A DNA stretch of 64,000 nt from Alphaproteobacteria bacterium (lineage in GTDB: Bacteria > Pseudomonadota > Alphaproteobacteria > UBA828 > JAPUJA01). The notes beneath the pieces were generated by a model. That model ran no database searches and had not been told where the DNA came from. It saw nothing but the letters and a program-made list of their open reading frames with translations. Shown here piece after piece: positions 48,522-58,602 of the stretch; the first letter of the stretch is position 1, and each line of letters begins with the position of its first letter. Location: NCBI GenBank assembly GCA_965249645.1, contig CBDFML010000010.1, positions 488,232 to 552,231 on the forward strand, in the 5' to 3' direction. A program made the position numbers and the translations under genes.

Positions 48522-49733
48522 TTAGCCGGCCCGAACTTCGTCGGCAGATCGACCCGTAAGGACCGTGTAAACATCGGGGTCGGTCGCTCCTTCCGTACCG
48601 AAAAGCTGAACAATCGAGTATTCATCAATATCGAGCATCTGGCGGAGCTCGTCGCAATCAACCGCGTGTAGCAGTGCGACCAAGCCCGCAACGGCTGATT
48701 CGCCTGCCACGACTGGGATATCACCTGCTTCACCCTCCCCAAGTCGCCGCATAGCCTCGGCAACCCGGTCATCGGGTATGGCCAATCCGTCGTCGGCCCC
48801 TCCTTTCAGTACCTCCCACGCCAGCAACGAAACCTCGCCTGCCGACAGCCCCGCCATCGCGGTTTCGAGATCGCCCTCCACGGACACGGGTTTTCCCAAC
48901 TGAAGGCTTCTGTAGATACAATCCGCGTTCATCGGCTCGACGAGGACGAAGCGTGGCCGAGTGGCGCCGTATTCGCGCCAGTAGCGTGTGCAGACCGACG
49001 CAGCCAGGCCGCCGACGCCGCCTTGAACAAATACATGGGTCGGCGGAGTGCCATCGGGCGTCTGAGCGATAGCCTCGGACGCCATTACCACATAGCCCTG
49101 CATTACGTCGCGCGGCACGTCGACGTAATCCTCGTAAGACGTATCGGAGATCACGAACCAACCGTTCCGATCAGCCTCCGCCTGCGCATGACGGACAGTC
49201 TCATCGTAGTTGCCCGCAACGCGTGTCACCACGGCGCCATAATGCTCGATTGCCTTGACGCGTCCCTCGCTCACGGCCGTGGGCACAAAAATTACGCAGT
49301 TGCAGCCGAACAACTGCGCTCCCCAGGCCACGGAGCGTCCGTGATTTCCATCGGTTGCCGAGCAAACCGTGACTGTTCGCGTAATTTTGGAGAAATCGCC
49401 GGCCATCAGACTTGCAGACGACACTGGGATGTCTTCTCCTCGTACTGCTGTCATTGCGGCAAGCAGGCGGTAGACGGCGTAGGCCCCGCCTAATGCCTTG
49501 AAGCTTTTCAATCCGAACCGCTCGGATTCATCCTTGTAGCGAAGTGTGCCTATCCGCAGCCGTTCGGCCATTCCGGGAAGCTCGACCAGGGGTGTAGGCG
49601 CATAGCCAGGCCACGAAGTAATCTCCTGCCACGCGTGTGCGGACCCTGCCGGATCGAGCGTGTCGGGTGTCGGTGCATCACGCAGCGCCGGATCGTCTGC
49701 GTACGCGTTATGGGTATGGCGAACATCTGTCAT
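48522..49733 (-). CDS. dpaL: Diaminopropionate ammonia-lyase (PLP-dependent)
   Basis: FGLKSFKALGGAYAV (PLP Lys) and SATDGNHGRSVAWGAQ. The ATG at 49733 is within ORF ..49754. Confidence 0.85.
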   Translation of the reverse strand: MTDVRHTHNAYADDPALRDAPTPDTLDPAGSAHAWQEITSWPGYAPTPLVELPGMAERLRIGTLRYKDESERFGLKSFKALGGAYAVYRLLAAMTAVRGEDIPVSSASLMAGDFSKITRTVTVCSATDGNHGRSVAWGAQLFGCNCVIFVPTAVSEGRVKAIEHYGAVVTRVAGNYDETVRHAQAEADRNGWFVISDTSYEDYVDVPRDVMQGYVVMASEAIAQTPDGTPPTHVFVQGGVGGLAASVCTRYWREYGATRPRFVLVEPMNADCIYRSLQLGKPVSVEGDLETAMAGLSAGEVSLLAWEVLKGGADDGLAIPDDRVAEAMRRLGEGEAGDIPVVAGESAVAGLVALLHAVDCDELRQMLDIDEYSIVQLFGTEGATDPDVYTVLTGRSADEVRAG

Positions 49734-49945
49734 CTTGTAACCTTTGCCTTCCACATTGTCCCGATACCGTTGCGCTGAACATATCCTTGCAGCGCTCTCA
49801 GCCGAGTTACCCGAAGGCCTCTTCTGCCCGTGAAATTCTCACGCCATTATAATAGGATGCACGCCAAATGCGGGCGACGGACAGCCCCAGGACAATCAGT
49901 GTCCGGCGGCACGCCGCTTCGCCCCGTTGGAGGAAAGACGAACCG

Positions 49946-50776
49946 ATGAAATGCTTTGTTCTGGCCGCACTTGCTGCAGCGCTGCTCCTGACTGATTCTG
50001 CCCGCGCCCAGTCTGACGCCCCGGCTGACGACAACCCTGTACTCATAACCGTGAACGGCGAAGACGTCTTCGTGTCGGACGTCATCATGCTTCACGAATC
50101 ACTGCCGGCACAATATCGCCAGCTGCCGATGGAAATGCTCTATCCGCAACTCATAAACACTCTGATCGATCGTAAGTTGATCGCGGCAAAGGCTCGGGAG
50201 CAAGGACTCGAAAGTGAGGCCCAAGCGCAACAGCGCATTGCGTTCGAAATGGAAACGATCCTCGAGGAGTTGTACCTGGCCCGATTTATCGATGAGTCCC
50301 TGACCGACGAACGCCTCCAAGCCGCCTACGAAGGGTTTCTCACGACCTGGGAGCCGGACGAACAGGTCCGCGCTCGCCATATTTTGTTGGAAACCGAGGA
50401 AGAGGCGGTGGCGGTGATTGCGGACCTCGGCGAAGGAGCCGACTTCGAAGAGTTAGCGCGCACCAAGTCAATCGGGCCGACCAGCGTGGATGGCGGCGAT
50501 CTCGGTTTTTTCCGTCGCGAGGGCGATATGCTTCCCGCCTTTATCGAAGCGGCATTCGCTATGCAGCCGGGCGAGGTGTCTGCAACCCCCGTCCAGACTT
50601 CTTTCGGCTGGCATGTCATCCGGGTCGAGGAACGGCAAATGGCGCCGCCACCTGAGTTTGCCGAAGTGGAGCCGGACTTGCGGGCTCAGGAAACGGAATC
50701 TCTCGTCATGGAGCTGTCTGGAACATTGCGTGAGGGCGCGACAATCGAATCACCGGCCGCGCCGCCCGAGCAATAA
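49946..50776 (+). CDS. Periplasmic parvulin-type peptidyl-prolyl isomerase (SurA/PpiC-like)
   Basis: Signal peptide MKCFVLAALAAALLL and parvulin core ARHILL..GGDLGFF..FGWHVIRV. RBS GGAGGAAAG. Confidence 0.85.
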   Translation: MKCFVLAALAAALLLTDSARAQSDAPADDNPVLITVNGEDVFVSDVIMLHESLPAQYRQLPMEMLYPQLINTLIDRKLIAAKAREQGLESEAQAQQRIAFEMETILEELYLARFIDESLTDERLQAAYEGFLTTWEPDEQVRARHILLETEEEAVAVIADLGEGADFEELARTKSIGPTSVDGGDLGFFRREGDMLPAFIEAAFAMQPGEVSATPVQTSFGWHVIRVEERQMAPPPEFAEVEPDLRAQETESLVMELSGTLREGATIESPAAPPEQ

Positions 50777-50788
50777 TCCGGGGGCGGA

Positions 50789-51850
50789 TTATTCGGCCGA
50801 ACCGGCCGCCATGGCCTCGTGCAATATGTCCAGAAGCGCTCCGTGGTTTGTCGTAATCGCGTATTGCGCGGCACGGCTCACGTCTTCTTCGAGCGTATCC
50901 CACTGAATCGCGTCGAGTTGCGCGAGCGTGCATCGGTCGAATACGGCTGAGTCGCCCATCTGGGCGATCGGGCTGCAGGTATCCGTGCCAAACGCGAACG
51001 CATAGGCGATTTCCGGCTCGAGAACGAACTCCAGAAAATCTGTTGCGTGGGGCGAGGTTTCCGCATGCTCGAGAATTGAGGTCACCTCGAAAAACGCGAT
51101 TCCCCCCTTGCCATCGATTGGGCCGCACCGGGGTGTGATGCATCGTATCTGGCTATGACCGTCAAGGCGCGCTGCAGCCGCGGTGAAAAGACCTCCGGAT
51201 AAGTAAAAATCAATCTCGCCGTCGAGCAGGGCCTGATTGAGGATCACATGATTGCTCGTCACTCGGGACGCGCCGGCAAACCACGCCCGTGCGGTTTCCC
51301 CGAAAAGCTCTTCGTCGTCGCGGTCGAGAGGTTGGAAGGGATTGAGCCCGGCGTCGATGCAGATATGATGAATGTTGAAGTCGTCATAGGCCAGCACGGC
51401 GTAGCGGCCTCGATGTGCATCGTCTCGGCGCATTCCGAAGCCTTCGTCTTCGGCACGAGCTCGTGACAGGCGCTCTTCGTTGATCACGATATTAAAGGGG
51501 CCGAAGCGCTGCCCAATCCCGATCCGCTCCGTTCCGTCCGAACTCAACGTCCAGTGCAAGTGATCGACAAGCCAGGGCAATAACCCGTCAAACCGGGGCT
51601 CGAAGCGATCCCGGTCCAACGGCTGGATCAGCCCACGGGGATAGAGTTGGTCCCGGGAGAACGGGTTGTTCAGGTTGAGAATATCCCAGTTGAACGCATC
51701 GCCATCAGCAATGCGCGCAGACGTAGCAGCGTCGGATACAAGTGTTTCGGCATGGCTGGAAAGGTTTCGCTCGTTGGCAAATCGACCGAGAACGGCCTCG
51801 GTCTCGTAGCCGTCCCAGCATAATACGTTGAGATCAGCCCGTCGGTTCAT
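50789..51850 (-). CDS. PotD/PotF-fold binding-protein homolog without a signal peptide
   Basis: 353 aa. LNVLCWDGYE, GLIQPLDRDRF and GGIAFFEVTSILEHAE..FLEFVLEPEIA parallel PotD segments. The N-terminus MNRRADLNVL has no hydrophobic leader. It is the last gene of the ABC operon. Confidence 0.65.
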   Translation of the reverse strand: MNRRADLNVLCWDGYETEAVLGRFANERNLSSHAETLVSDAATSARIADGDAFNWDILNLNNPFSRDQLYPRGLIQPLDRDRFEPRFDGLLPWLVDHLHWTLSSDGTERIGIGQRFGPFNIVINEERLSRARAEDEGFGMRRDDAHRGRYAVLAYDDFNIHHICIDAGLNPFQPLDRDDEELFGETARAWFAGASRVTSNHVILNQALLDGEIDFYLSGGLFTAAAARLDGHSQIRCITPRCGPIDGKGGIAFFEVTSILEHAETSPHATDFLEFVLEPEIAYAFAFGTDTCSPIAQMGDSAVFDRCTLAQLDAIQWDTLEEDVSRAAQYAITTNHGALLDILHEAMAAGSAE

Positions 51851-51874
51851 GGCGCGTCTATCTCACTGCCAGGC

Positions 51875-52693
51875 TTACTCGCCGCGGTAACCAAACCGGA
51901 TAAGTCCGGTTCGCATAAGCACATAAAGAATTGCAAAGACGATGAAGACAAAACCGTTCACCAGTGCCGTAAGCGCAAGAAGCTCGTCCTTCACACCGAA
52001 ACGAAGTGACCCCCAGGCAACCGAGGGCAGAGTGGGGATGGCGCCAAGATTGTAAAACGAGATCTCGAGGTTGTTGAAGGCAAGCAGAAAGCTGATCAAA
52101 AAGGCCCCAAGAATCGCCGGCCAGATGTTGGGTAGGGTGATCTCACGAAACACACGGGACGGTGTGGCGCCGAACACCATGGCGGCGTCGTCCATGCGCC
52201 AGTTGTAGCGAACAAGTTGTGTGAGAATGATCAGGAAGCCAAAGGCGACACCGTGAACCGCGTTGGCAAGGATCGCCGAAACCATGTTTCCCGGCAACCC
52301 GAGGACCTGCTTGTTGAACATCAGGGTAGAAATACCAATCAGAAGTTCGGCGACAAACAACGGGGAGATGAAAATGATACCGAAGAGGCCGCGCCAGCGG
52401 GACCGGTATTTAAGCAGCGCGATGCCGCCCATGGTGGCGAAGAGTGCCGCGAGAGCGGCTGCACCGAACGAAAGCAGCAAACTATTCCATAGTGCTTGTT
52501 GGTAAGCCCTATTGACCGACAGATCTTCATAGGCATGGAGGCTGAATTTCCAGGGAAACGGCCACATCGTGTCGGACGCGAACGATGTGTATATTATGTA
52601 GGCGATCGGCGAATAGAGAAATAGGTAGAGCACAAGAAGCAGCAAGGCCATGCCGCTCCAGCTCAACCGGTCATCAAGCCGCATTCCTGCCAT
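51875..52693 (-). CDS. ABC permease (PotC/PotI-like)
   Basis: Multi-TM protein with EAA-loop-like DDAAMVFGATPSRVFREITLP. The ATG at 52693 lies 2 nt after the upstream stop. Confidence 0.85.
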   Translation of the reverse strand: MAGMRLDDRLSWSGMALLLLVLYLFLYSPIAYIIYTSFASDTMWPFPWKFSLHAYEDLSVNRAYQQALWNSLLLSFGAAALAALFATMGGIALLKYRSRWRGLFGIIFISPLFVAELLIGISTLMFNKQVLGLPGNMVSAILANAVHGVAFGFLIILTQLVRYNWRMDDAAMVFGATPSRVFREITLPNIWPAILGAFLISFLLAFNNLEISFYNLGAIPTLPSVAWGSLRFGVKDELLALTALVNGFVFIVFAILYVLMRTGLIRFGYRGE

Positions 52694-52695
52694 GG

Positions 52696-53586
52696 CTACA
52701 TGCCTGCCCCGGTGAAGCCGCTTCGCCGCAGATTTACCGTTCGCCACATAATAAGAATCACAATGAACGAGGCGATGAATAAAATGACACCCATTGCCGA
52801 TCCCTTAGCCCAGGTTCCTGTTTCGGCGAATTGTTCACCTAGAACCAATCCGAAGAGCGCCCCATTTGCCCCACCCAGAAAATGGGGTGTTACCGACGAT
52901 GCGAGGCAGGGAATAAATACCAGGACGAAGCCAATGGCGGTTCCGGCCCAGTTCAGCGGCCAAGTAATTTCAAGGAAGGCGCGCCAGGGTTTTGCGCCGT
53001 TCACCTTGGCGACGTCGAGCAAACGGAAGTTGAAGTTGAGCAGAGACAGGTAGATGGCGACCACCATGAACGGCGCATAGAGATAGAATAGGCCGATTCC
53101 GGAGGCGACTTTCGTGTACATGATGAATTGGATCGGCGCCATGCCGAGATCCATCATGAGCATGTTAATGAGTCCGAGGGGACCCATAATGGCTTGCAGG
53201 GCAGCAAGGCGAAGAATTATTCCCGTGAAGAAGGGGGCCGCGAGGGCAACCACTAGAAGTAACCGATATCGCCCGCCAAGCTTTGCGATGAAATAGGCGA
53301 CTGGCCAGGAATAGACGAGACACGCGACCGAGACGATCAGGGCCGTCAAGAACGACCGAAGCAAGAAAACCATATAACTGCCGTCGCCCAGCACTTCCGC
53401 GTAATTGTTAACATTCCAGTCGGCATAGAGTTCATAGCTCTCGGTGCGCCAGAAACTGAAGACGAGGATCGAGATGATGGGGATAAGAAGGAAGAGGACG
53501 ACAAAGAGGACACCTGGAACTGCGAGCAGGGCGAACCTTGCGCCTGGCCGGTAGAGGATATTCGAAAAGCGATTGTGGGCAGCCAT
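52696..53586 (-). CDS. ABC permease (PotB/PotH-like)
   Basis: LDVAKVNGAKPWRAFLEITWP EAA loop. Start adjacent to the ATPase stop. Confidence 0.85.
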   Translation of the reverse strand: MAAHNRFSNILYRPGARFALLAVPGVLFVVLFLLIPIISILVFSFWRTESYELYADWNVNNYAEVLGDGSYMVFLLRSFLTALIVSVACLVYSWPVAYFIAKLGGRYRLLLVVALAAPFFTGIILRLAALQAIMGPLGLINMLMMDLGMAPIQFIMYTKVASGIGLFYLYAPFMVVAIYLSLLNFNFRLLDVAKVNGAKPWRAFLEITWPLNWAGTAIGFVLVFIPCLASSVTPHFLGGANGALFGLVLGEQFAETGTWAKGSAMGVILFIASFIVILIMWRTVNLRRSGFTGAGM

Positions 53587-53587
53587 G

Positions 53588-54679
53588 TCAATCGCGCTGC
53601 GCCGAGAAGCAATTACCGGCCTCGGCCGGCCAGCTCAGTATGACCCGATCCCCGGCCTTGACTTGTGGAATTCCTGAGGCGTCGCTGACCGCAATTTCGG
53701 TTTCGTTCTCCAGCACGACAATGTAGTCCGCCGTCTGGCCCTTGAAGATGACATCGCGCAGGGTGCCGGCCAGCTGATTTTCGTTCGAACCGGCCGCCGA
53801 GCCACCGTCCGGTTGAATCTGAATATGCTCGCATTTTATAAAATACAAGATGTGATCGCCGTCGCCGGCATCCGCCGGGCAGGGAACGATGAGAGGTATG
53901 CCGTTCCAGTCGATCCGCGCGAGGCCGCCGTCGACCGAGCCGATCCGCCCGTCGATGCGGTTCGAATGCCCGACGAAGTTCGCGACGAAGGGAGTGGCCG
54001 GCTTCGTGTAAATTTCGAGCTTCGGCGCCACCTGGTCGAATTTGCCCTCCTGCATCACCGCAATGCGGTCGCTCATGGTGAGCGCCTCTTCCTGGTTATG
54101 GGTGACGTAGACGAAGGGGATGCCAAGTTCGATCTGATAGCGGCGGACTTCGACCTCCATCTCTTTGCGTAGCTCCCGATCGAGGTTCGCAAGGGGTTCA
54201 TCGAGCAGCAAGAGCACGGGGCGCGAGATCAACCCGCGCGCGAGCGCGACACGCTGCTGCTGACCACCGGATAGCTGGCTCGGGTAACGCTTTTCCAGTC
54301 CGTCGATGCGCAGAAGCTTGACGATCCAGTCAAGCCGTTCCGCTTGGTGCGCCTTGTTTGCACCCTGCATCTTCAAGGGAAACGTGATGTTCTCGCCGAC
54401 CGTCTTGTGCGGGAACAATAGGAAATCCTGAAACACCATGCCCACGCCCCGGGCGTAGGGCGGCAGACGCGTCACGTCCTCGCCGTTGATCAGGACACGC
54501 CCTTCGTCCGGCGCTTCGAGACCCGCGATAATGCGCAGCAGCGTCGTTTTTCCCGAGCCGCTCGGTCCCAGCAGGGCAAAGAACTCGCCCTGTTCGATTT
54601 CGAGGTCTACCCGATCGACGGCCGTGACCGTGCCGAACCGCTTGGTCGCCCCTTCGATCCCGATTGCGACATCTGCCAT
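53588..54679 (-). CDS. ABC ATP-binding protein (PotA/PotG-like, with C-terminal TOBE-like domain)
   Basis: GPSGSGKTT, LSGGQQQRVALAR, LLLDEP. Confidence 0.9.
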   Translation of the reverse strand: MADVAIGIEGATKRFGTVTAVDRVDLEIEQGEFFALLGPSGSGKTTLLRIIAGLEAPDEGRVLINGEDVTRLPPYARGVGMVFQDFLLFPHKTVGENITFPLKMQGANKAHQAERLDWIVKLLRIDGLEKRYPSQLSGGQQQRVALARGLISRPVLLLLDEPLANLDRELRKEMEVEVRRYQIELGIPFVYVTHNQEEALTMSDRIAVMQEGKFDQVAPKLEIYTKPATPFVANFVGHSNRIDGRIGSVDGGLARIDWNGIPLIVPCPADAGDGDHILYFIKCEHIQIQPDGGSAAGSNENQLAGTLRDVIFKGQTADYIVVLENETEIAVSDASGIPQVKAGDRVILSWPAEAGNCFSAQRD

Positions 54680-54779
54680 CTCTCACCCTGTCTGGAACGT
54701 GCCACGCCGGAGCAAAAATGACTCGGAGACGGCACGTCTGGCCGTCTCCGAGATCTTCGCTTTTCCGATTTGGATCGAG

Positions 54780-55982
54780 TCAGGCTGCCTCAACCTCGGC
54801 CCACACCTTCTCCCATTTCTCCGGAGAGGACGGTGCGTTGAACATGTAGAGGCCCTGAAGTGCGTCGGTCTGATCCATCAGTAGGTCGTCTTGTTCTTCC
54901 TGCGACATCCGGTCACGAACATCGACCACCGGCGCCAGACCTTCCTCGCGGGCTACGATCTCCATGTTGTCCTTTGTCAGGAATCGGTTGATCCAGTCAT
55001 GGCACAGCTCGTATTTTTCGCTGTCCTGGACGCCCGAGCTGATGAGCCAGTTGTCGACCCAGCCGAGCCCGCCTTCTTTGGGGCGAAGAACGTGCTTGGC
55101 CCGCCAATCGATCTCGCCGGCGCGATACATTGAGAGCAATCGCCGATACGTTAATGCCCATTCGGGCGTTGCCCAGACCGTGCCTGCGATCATCAGGCGA
55201 TCGACTATGTCGTAATCCACATATCGGGTCACCAGCAACGGTTTCTGCACGATCAGCAGGCGCTTGACTTCCTCAAGCTCCGCGTCCGTCAGAGTATACG
55301 GATCGAACGATTTGCCGTCGGGACGAGGATCGTTTTTCGTGCCCATCTGCTCGGCGGCCAGAATGCCTGTCAGGGCTATGTTCTCCTCGAAGCGGGCGCT
55401 TGTGAGCAGATGGCCTGCATACTTCTCATTGTACAGCAGAGTGAGGGTGTCGGCATCCTCTGGAGCGACCTTGCTCGTGTTGACCGTGATTCCATAGCCA
55501 CCCCAGCAATTCGGACAGGCAACATTTACGTCACCACCGTCAACGTCCTGGTTGAGATTGAAAATAGGTGCCAGAAAATTTGGATCGGTCGTTGCGAGAT
55601 TGGGAATTTTATCATAATCGACATGCTGGACGAGGCCCTGGGAATAATAGGTCCGCCCCCAATGGCCGTCCGCCATCACCAAGTCGAAATCCTCGGTGCC
55701 GCCGGCTTTCATCTTGTTGAAAGCTTCGGAGTTGCCGTCGAAGAACGTCGGCGCCCAAATTGCGCCTGTTTCCTCTTCGAATTTAGCTACCGTCGATTTG
55801 ATGTTATAGGGCTCCCAGATCAGCGCCCGCAGTTTCATGGTTGCTGCCGACGCGTTGCGGATGAATGGGCCCGTGCTTTTCATCGTAAATCCGGCCGCGG
55901 ACGCCGCCGCTACGCCGGTCAGAACAGTCCGCCGCGTAACTTTGGCTTTACTCGTACTCTTGGTTTTTTCGCGTTTTGGCAT
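54780..55982 (-). CDS. Periplasmic polyamine/amine-type substrate-binding protein (PotD/PotF family) with a Tat-like signal
   Basis: RRTVLTGVAAASAAGF leader and an SBP_bac_8-like body. Confidence 0.8.
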   Translation of the reverse strand: MPKREKTKSTSKAKVTRRTVLTGVAAASAAGFTMKSTGPFIRNASAATMKLRALIWEPYNIKSTVAKFEEETGAIWAPTFFDGNSEAFNKMKAGGTEDFDLVMADGHWGRTYYSQGLVQHVDYDKIPNLATTDPNFLAPIFNLNQDVDGGDVNVACPNCWGGYGITVNTSKVAPEDADTLTLLYNEKYAGHLLTSARFEENIALTGILAAEQMGTKNDPRPDGKSFDPYTLTDAELEEVKRLLIVQKPLLVTRYVDYDIVDRLMIAGTVWATPEWALTYRRLLSMYRAGEIDWRAKHVLRPKEGGLGWVDNWLISSGVQDSEKYELCHDWINRFLTKDNMEIVAREEGLAPVVDVRDRMSQEEQDDLLMDQTDALQGLYMFNAPSSPEKWEKVWAEVEAA

Positions 55983-56273
55983 TGAAACTTCTCCCTTCGC
56001 TGATCCTCTTCGGCGACAGCCGCAAGAGTCTATTTTTTAGAACCAACTTGCTTGATTGAACGGACTTCAGTTGCCGTTATCAACCTGTTCGCACAACTGC
56101 ATTTTGTTTGCCTTGGCGTCCGATGGCCCGATCGGCAGCAGATCAAAACATCTGTCCTGGGTCGAGTCAAGCAATGGCCGACTGAGAGCGAGGCTTGCTA
56201 GCAATCGCTGGAGTGGCCATCATCCTTTCACGCGCTCCACCCTCCGTTATTTCTCAACCTCTTGGTTTCACAC

Positions 56274-57068
56274 ATGACGACTCTAGCGCCCGACCCCGTT
56301 GAGCGGGACCAGCCCATTCGGTTTCTCAATGCGGAAGGGCAGGGACCCGGCCTGATCATCTGCGACCATGCTTCCAACCGAATCCCCGAAAGCCACAGCA
56401 GCCTCGGGCTCGACGAAGAGTCTCTTCGGGATCATATCGCGTGGGATATCCGGGCCGCAGAACTCTCGGAAGCGTTGTCCACTCGTCTTGACATGCCGGC
56501 CATTCTCTCCGGCTATTCCCGTCTCTTCATCGACTGCAATCGCACGCCCGATCACCCGGAACTTGTACGGGCGGAAAGCGACGGGCGCCGGATTCCCGGC
56601 AATCAGGAGCTCACGGCGCAAGAAATCGACTCGCGCCGTAAGCACGCCTACGAGCCCTACCACGCGGCGATCGAGCGCTGGCTGGACGAACGGCTGGCAT
56701 CGGGCTCGATCCCGGTGGTGTTGTCGGTCCACAGCATGACCCGCCACCTCGAGGGGCAGCCGGTTCGGCCGTGGCAGGTTTGTATTCTGTGGAATCAAGA
56801 CGGCCGGCTCGCTCAACCCTTGCTCGCAGCTTTGCAGGTGCAGGCCCGTTTTGTGATCGGCGACAATGAGCCCTATTCAGCGAAAGTTTTGGCGGGCGCA
56901 ACGCGATCGTGGCATGCCGAATTACGTGGTCTCCCCCACGTCATATTCGAGATCCGCAACGACTTACTTGCCACCACTGCCGGAATCGACGCCGTCGCCG
57001 ACGTCCTTCACGCTGTGCTTGAGCCGGTGCTTGCCAGTCCCGAACTCTACACCATCCAGCATTTCTAG
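56274..57068 (+). CDS. N-formylglutamate amidohydrolase-family (FGase, PF05013-like) hydrolase
   Basis: LIICDHASNRIPE, HIAWDI, YSRLFIDCNR, SVHSMT, GDNEPYS and FEIRNDL. Confidence 0.8.
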   Translation: MTTLAPDPVERDQPIRFLNAEGQGPGLIICDHASNRIPESHSSLGLDEESLRDHIAWDIRAAELSEALSTRLDMPAILSGYSRLFIDCNRTPDHPELVRAESDGRRIPGNQELTAQEIDSRRKHAYEPYHAAIERWLDERLASGSIPVVLSVHSMTRHLEGQPVRPWQVCILWNQDGRLAQPLLAALQVQARFVIGDNEPYSAKVLAGATRSWHAELRGLPHVIFEIRNDLLATTAGIDAVADVLHAVLEPVLASPELYTIQHF

Positions 57069-57154
57069 ACGGTTGTATCCGGATCCCGGTCTGCCGGGGT
57101 GGGCATGCTGGTATCTCTGGTCTACCGTGTGATCCCGGCGGAAGGGAGATCCGA

Positions 57155-58531
57155 ATGAAACCCGAACAGGTACGCACCGCGGATGATGCGCGGGCAATCA
57201 TCGAGGAGCACAATCCCGATATGGTGACAATCGGGATGGTCGATATGCAGGGCCTCCTCCGCGGCAAGTACATCTCGAGGGAAAAGATTCTGAGCGCGCT
57301 TGATGGCGGTTACGGAATGCCGCTCTTGATCCACGCGCTCGACCCTCACGACGTCATGCTCGACAGCTCGATTGCAGACGGTTCCGACGGGTATGCCGAC
57401 TACGATGCGCGCATTTTGCCCGAGACCTGCCGCGAACTGCCTTGGGAGCCCGGCCACAGAAACCTTTTCTTTCTCTCGGAGTTCGCAGGGCAAGCCGAAT
57501 CGGTTTGCCCGCGAGCAATTTACCGGCGGGTTTGCGAACGAGCTGCGAGCATGGGATTCGTGCCGGATCACGGCCTCGAATATGAGTTCACTCTGTTCGA
57601 CGAAACCTCCCGATCCGCGGCGGAAAAGAACTATCGCGGTCTGCAGCTCGCGACCGAGTTCAAGACTTACGACGTGCTTCTTCGCCAGGCCGTGTGGTCG
57701 GAGTTCTATTCCCAGTTGCTCGATTGGTGCCGCACGGCGCGGATCGTTATCGAGGCAGCCCATGAAGAGATGTCCCCTGGCTTCATGGAATGTTCGATCC
57801 GCCACGGCACAGGTGTCGACATTGCCGATCAGGGGGCCTTGTTCAAGCTGATGGCCAAGACCGTTGCGCAGCGCCGCGGGTTGCTTCTGACCTTCATGGC
57901 GCGGTGGAGCAATCAGGCCGACGGCCAGAGTGGCCACGTGCATATCTCGTTAAGCGGGACGAACGGCGAAACCGTTTTCCACGATGCGGCGGGTGACCGG
58001 GGAATGAGCCAGAACATGCGTAATTTTCTGGGCGGCATGCAGGCTCTGATGCCTGAGTTGTTGCTCATGCTGGGCCCCAATATCAACTCGTTCAAACGGT
58101 TCGTTCCCGGCATCTTTGCACCGACCGTTGCGGGCTGGGGCTGGGAGAATAGATCTTGTGCCTTGAGGGTAATCCCGGGTTCGCCGAAATCCCAACGGAT
58201 CGAATGCCGAACCCCGGGGGCGGATACGAATCCGTATCTCTCTCTCGCCTGTCTTCTCGGCGCCGGTCTGCACGGCGTCGAGCAGAAAATCGAGCCGACT
58301 GAACCGGTCGAGGGCGTAATTTACGGTCGTGAGCACGAGTTACCCGATCGTCTTCAATTCCCGAAAACCTTCAGCCAAGGTATCGAACGATTTGCGTCAT
58401 CGACGGTGGCCCGCGATTTGTTTGGCGATGAATTTGTCGATGTCTATGCCCAGACCCGGGCATCGCAGGAACGGGATTTTCGCGGCCAGGTCACGGATTC
58501 CGAACTCGTGCGCTTTTTCGAGCTCATATGA
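57155..58531 (+). CDS. Glutamine synthetase-like ligase (PuuA/GlnA3-type gamma-glutamyl-amine synthetase-like)
   Basis: 458 aa. LEYEFTLFD, HEEMSPGFMECS, GQSGHVHISL, NSFKRF, ENRSCALRV and ECRTPGADTNPY. Confidence 0.85.
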   Translation: MKPEQVRTADDARAIIEEHNPDMVTIGMVDMQGLLRGKYISREKILSALDGGYGMPLLIHALDPHDVMLDSSIADGSDGYADYDARILPETCRELPWEPGHRNLFFLSEFAGQAESVCPRAIYRRVCERAASMGFVPDHGLEYEFTLFDETSRSAAEKNYRGLQLATEFKTYDVLLRQAVWSEFYSQLLDWCRTARIVIEAAHEEMSPGFMECSIRHGTGVDIADQGALFKLMAKTVAQRRGLLLTFMARWSNQADGQSGHVHISLSGTNGETVFHDAAGDRGMSQNMRNFLGGMQALMPELLLMLGPNINSFKRFVPGIFAPTVAGWGWENRSCALRVIPGSPKSQRIECRTPGADTNPYLSLACLLGAGLHGVEQKIEPTEPVEGVIYGREHELPDRLQFPKTFSQGIERFASSTVARDLFGDEFVDVYAQTRASQERDFRGQVTDSELVRFFELI

Positions 58532-58602
58532 ACAATTGCGTTTGACACAGTTCAAGATAACGGCGCGCCAGTCAGCGCGGCCTATGTTTCCGCGACGGTC
58601 GA

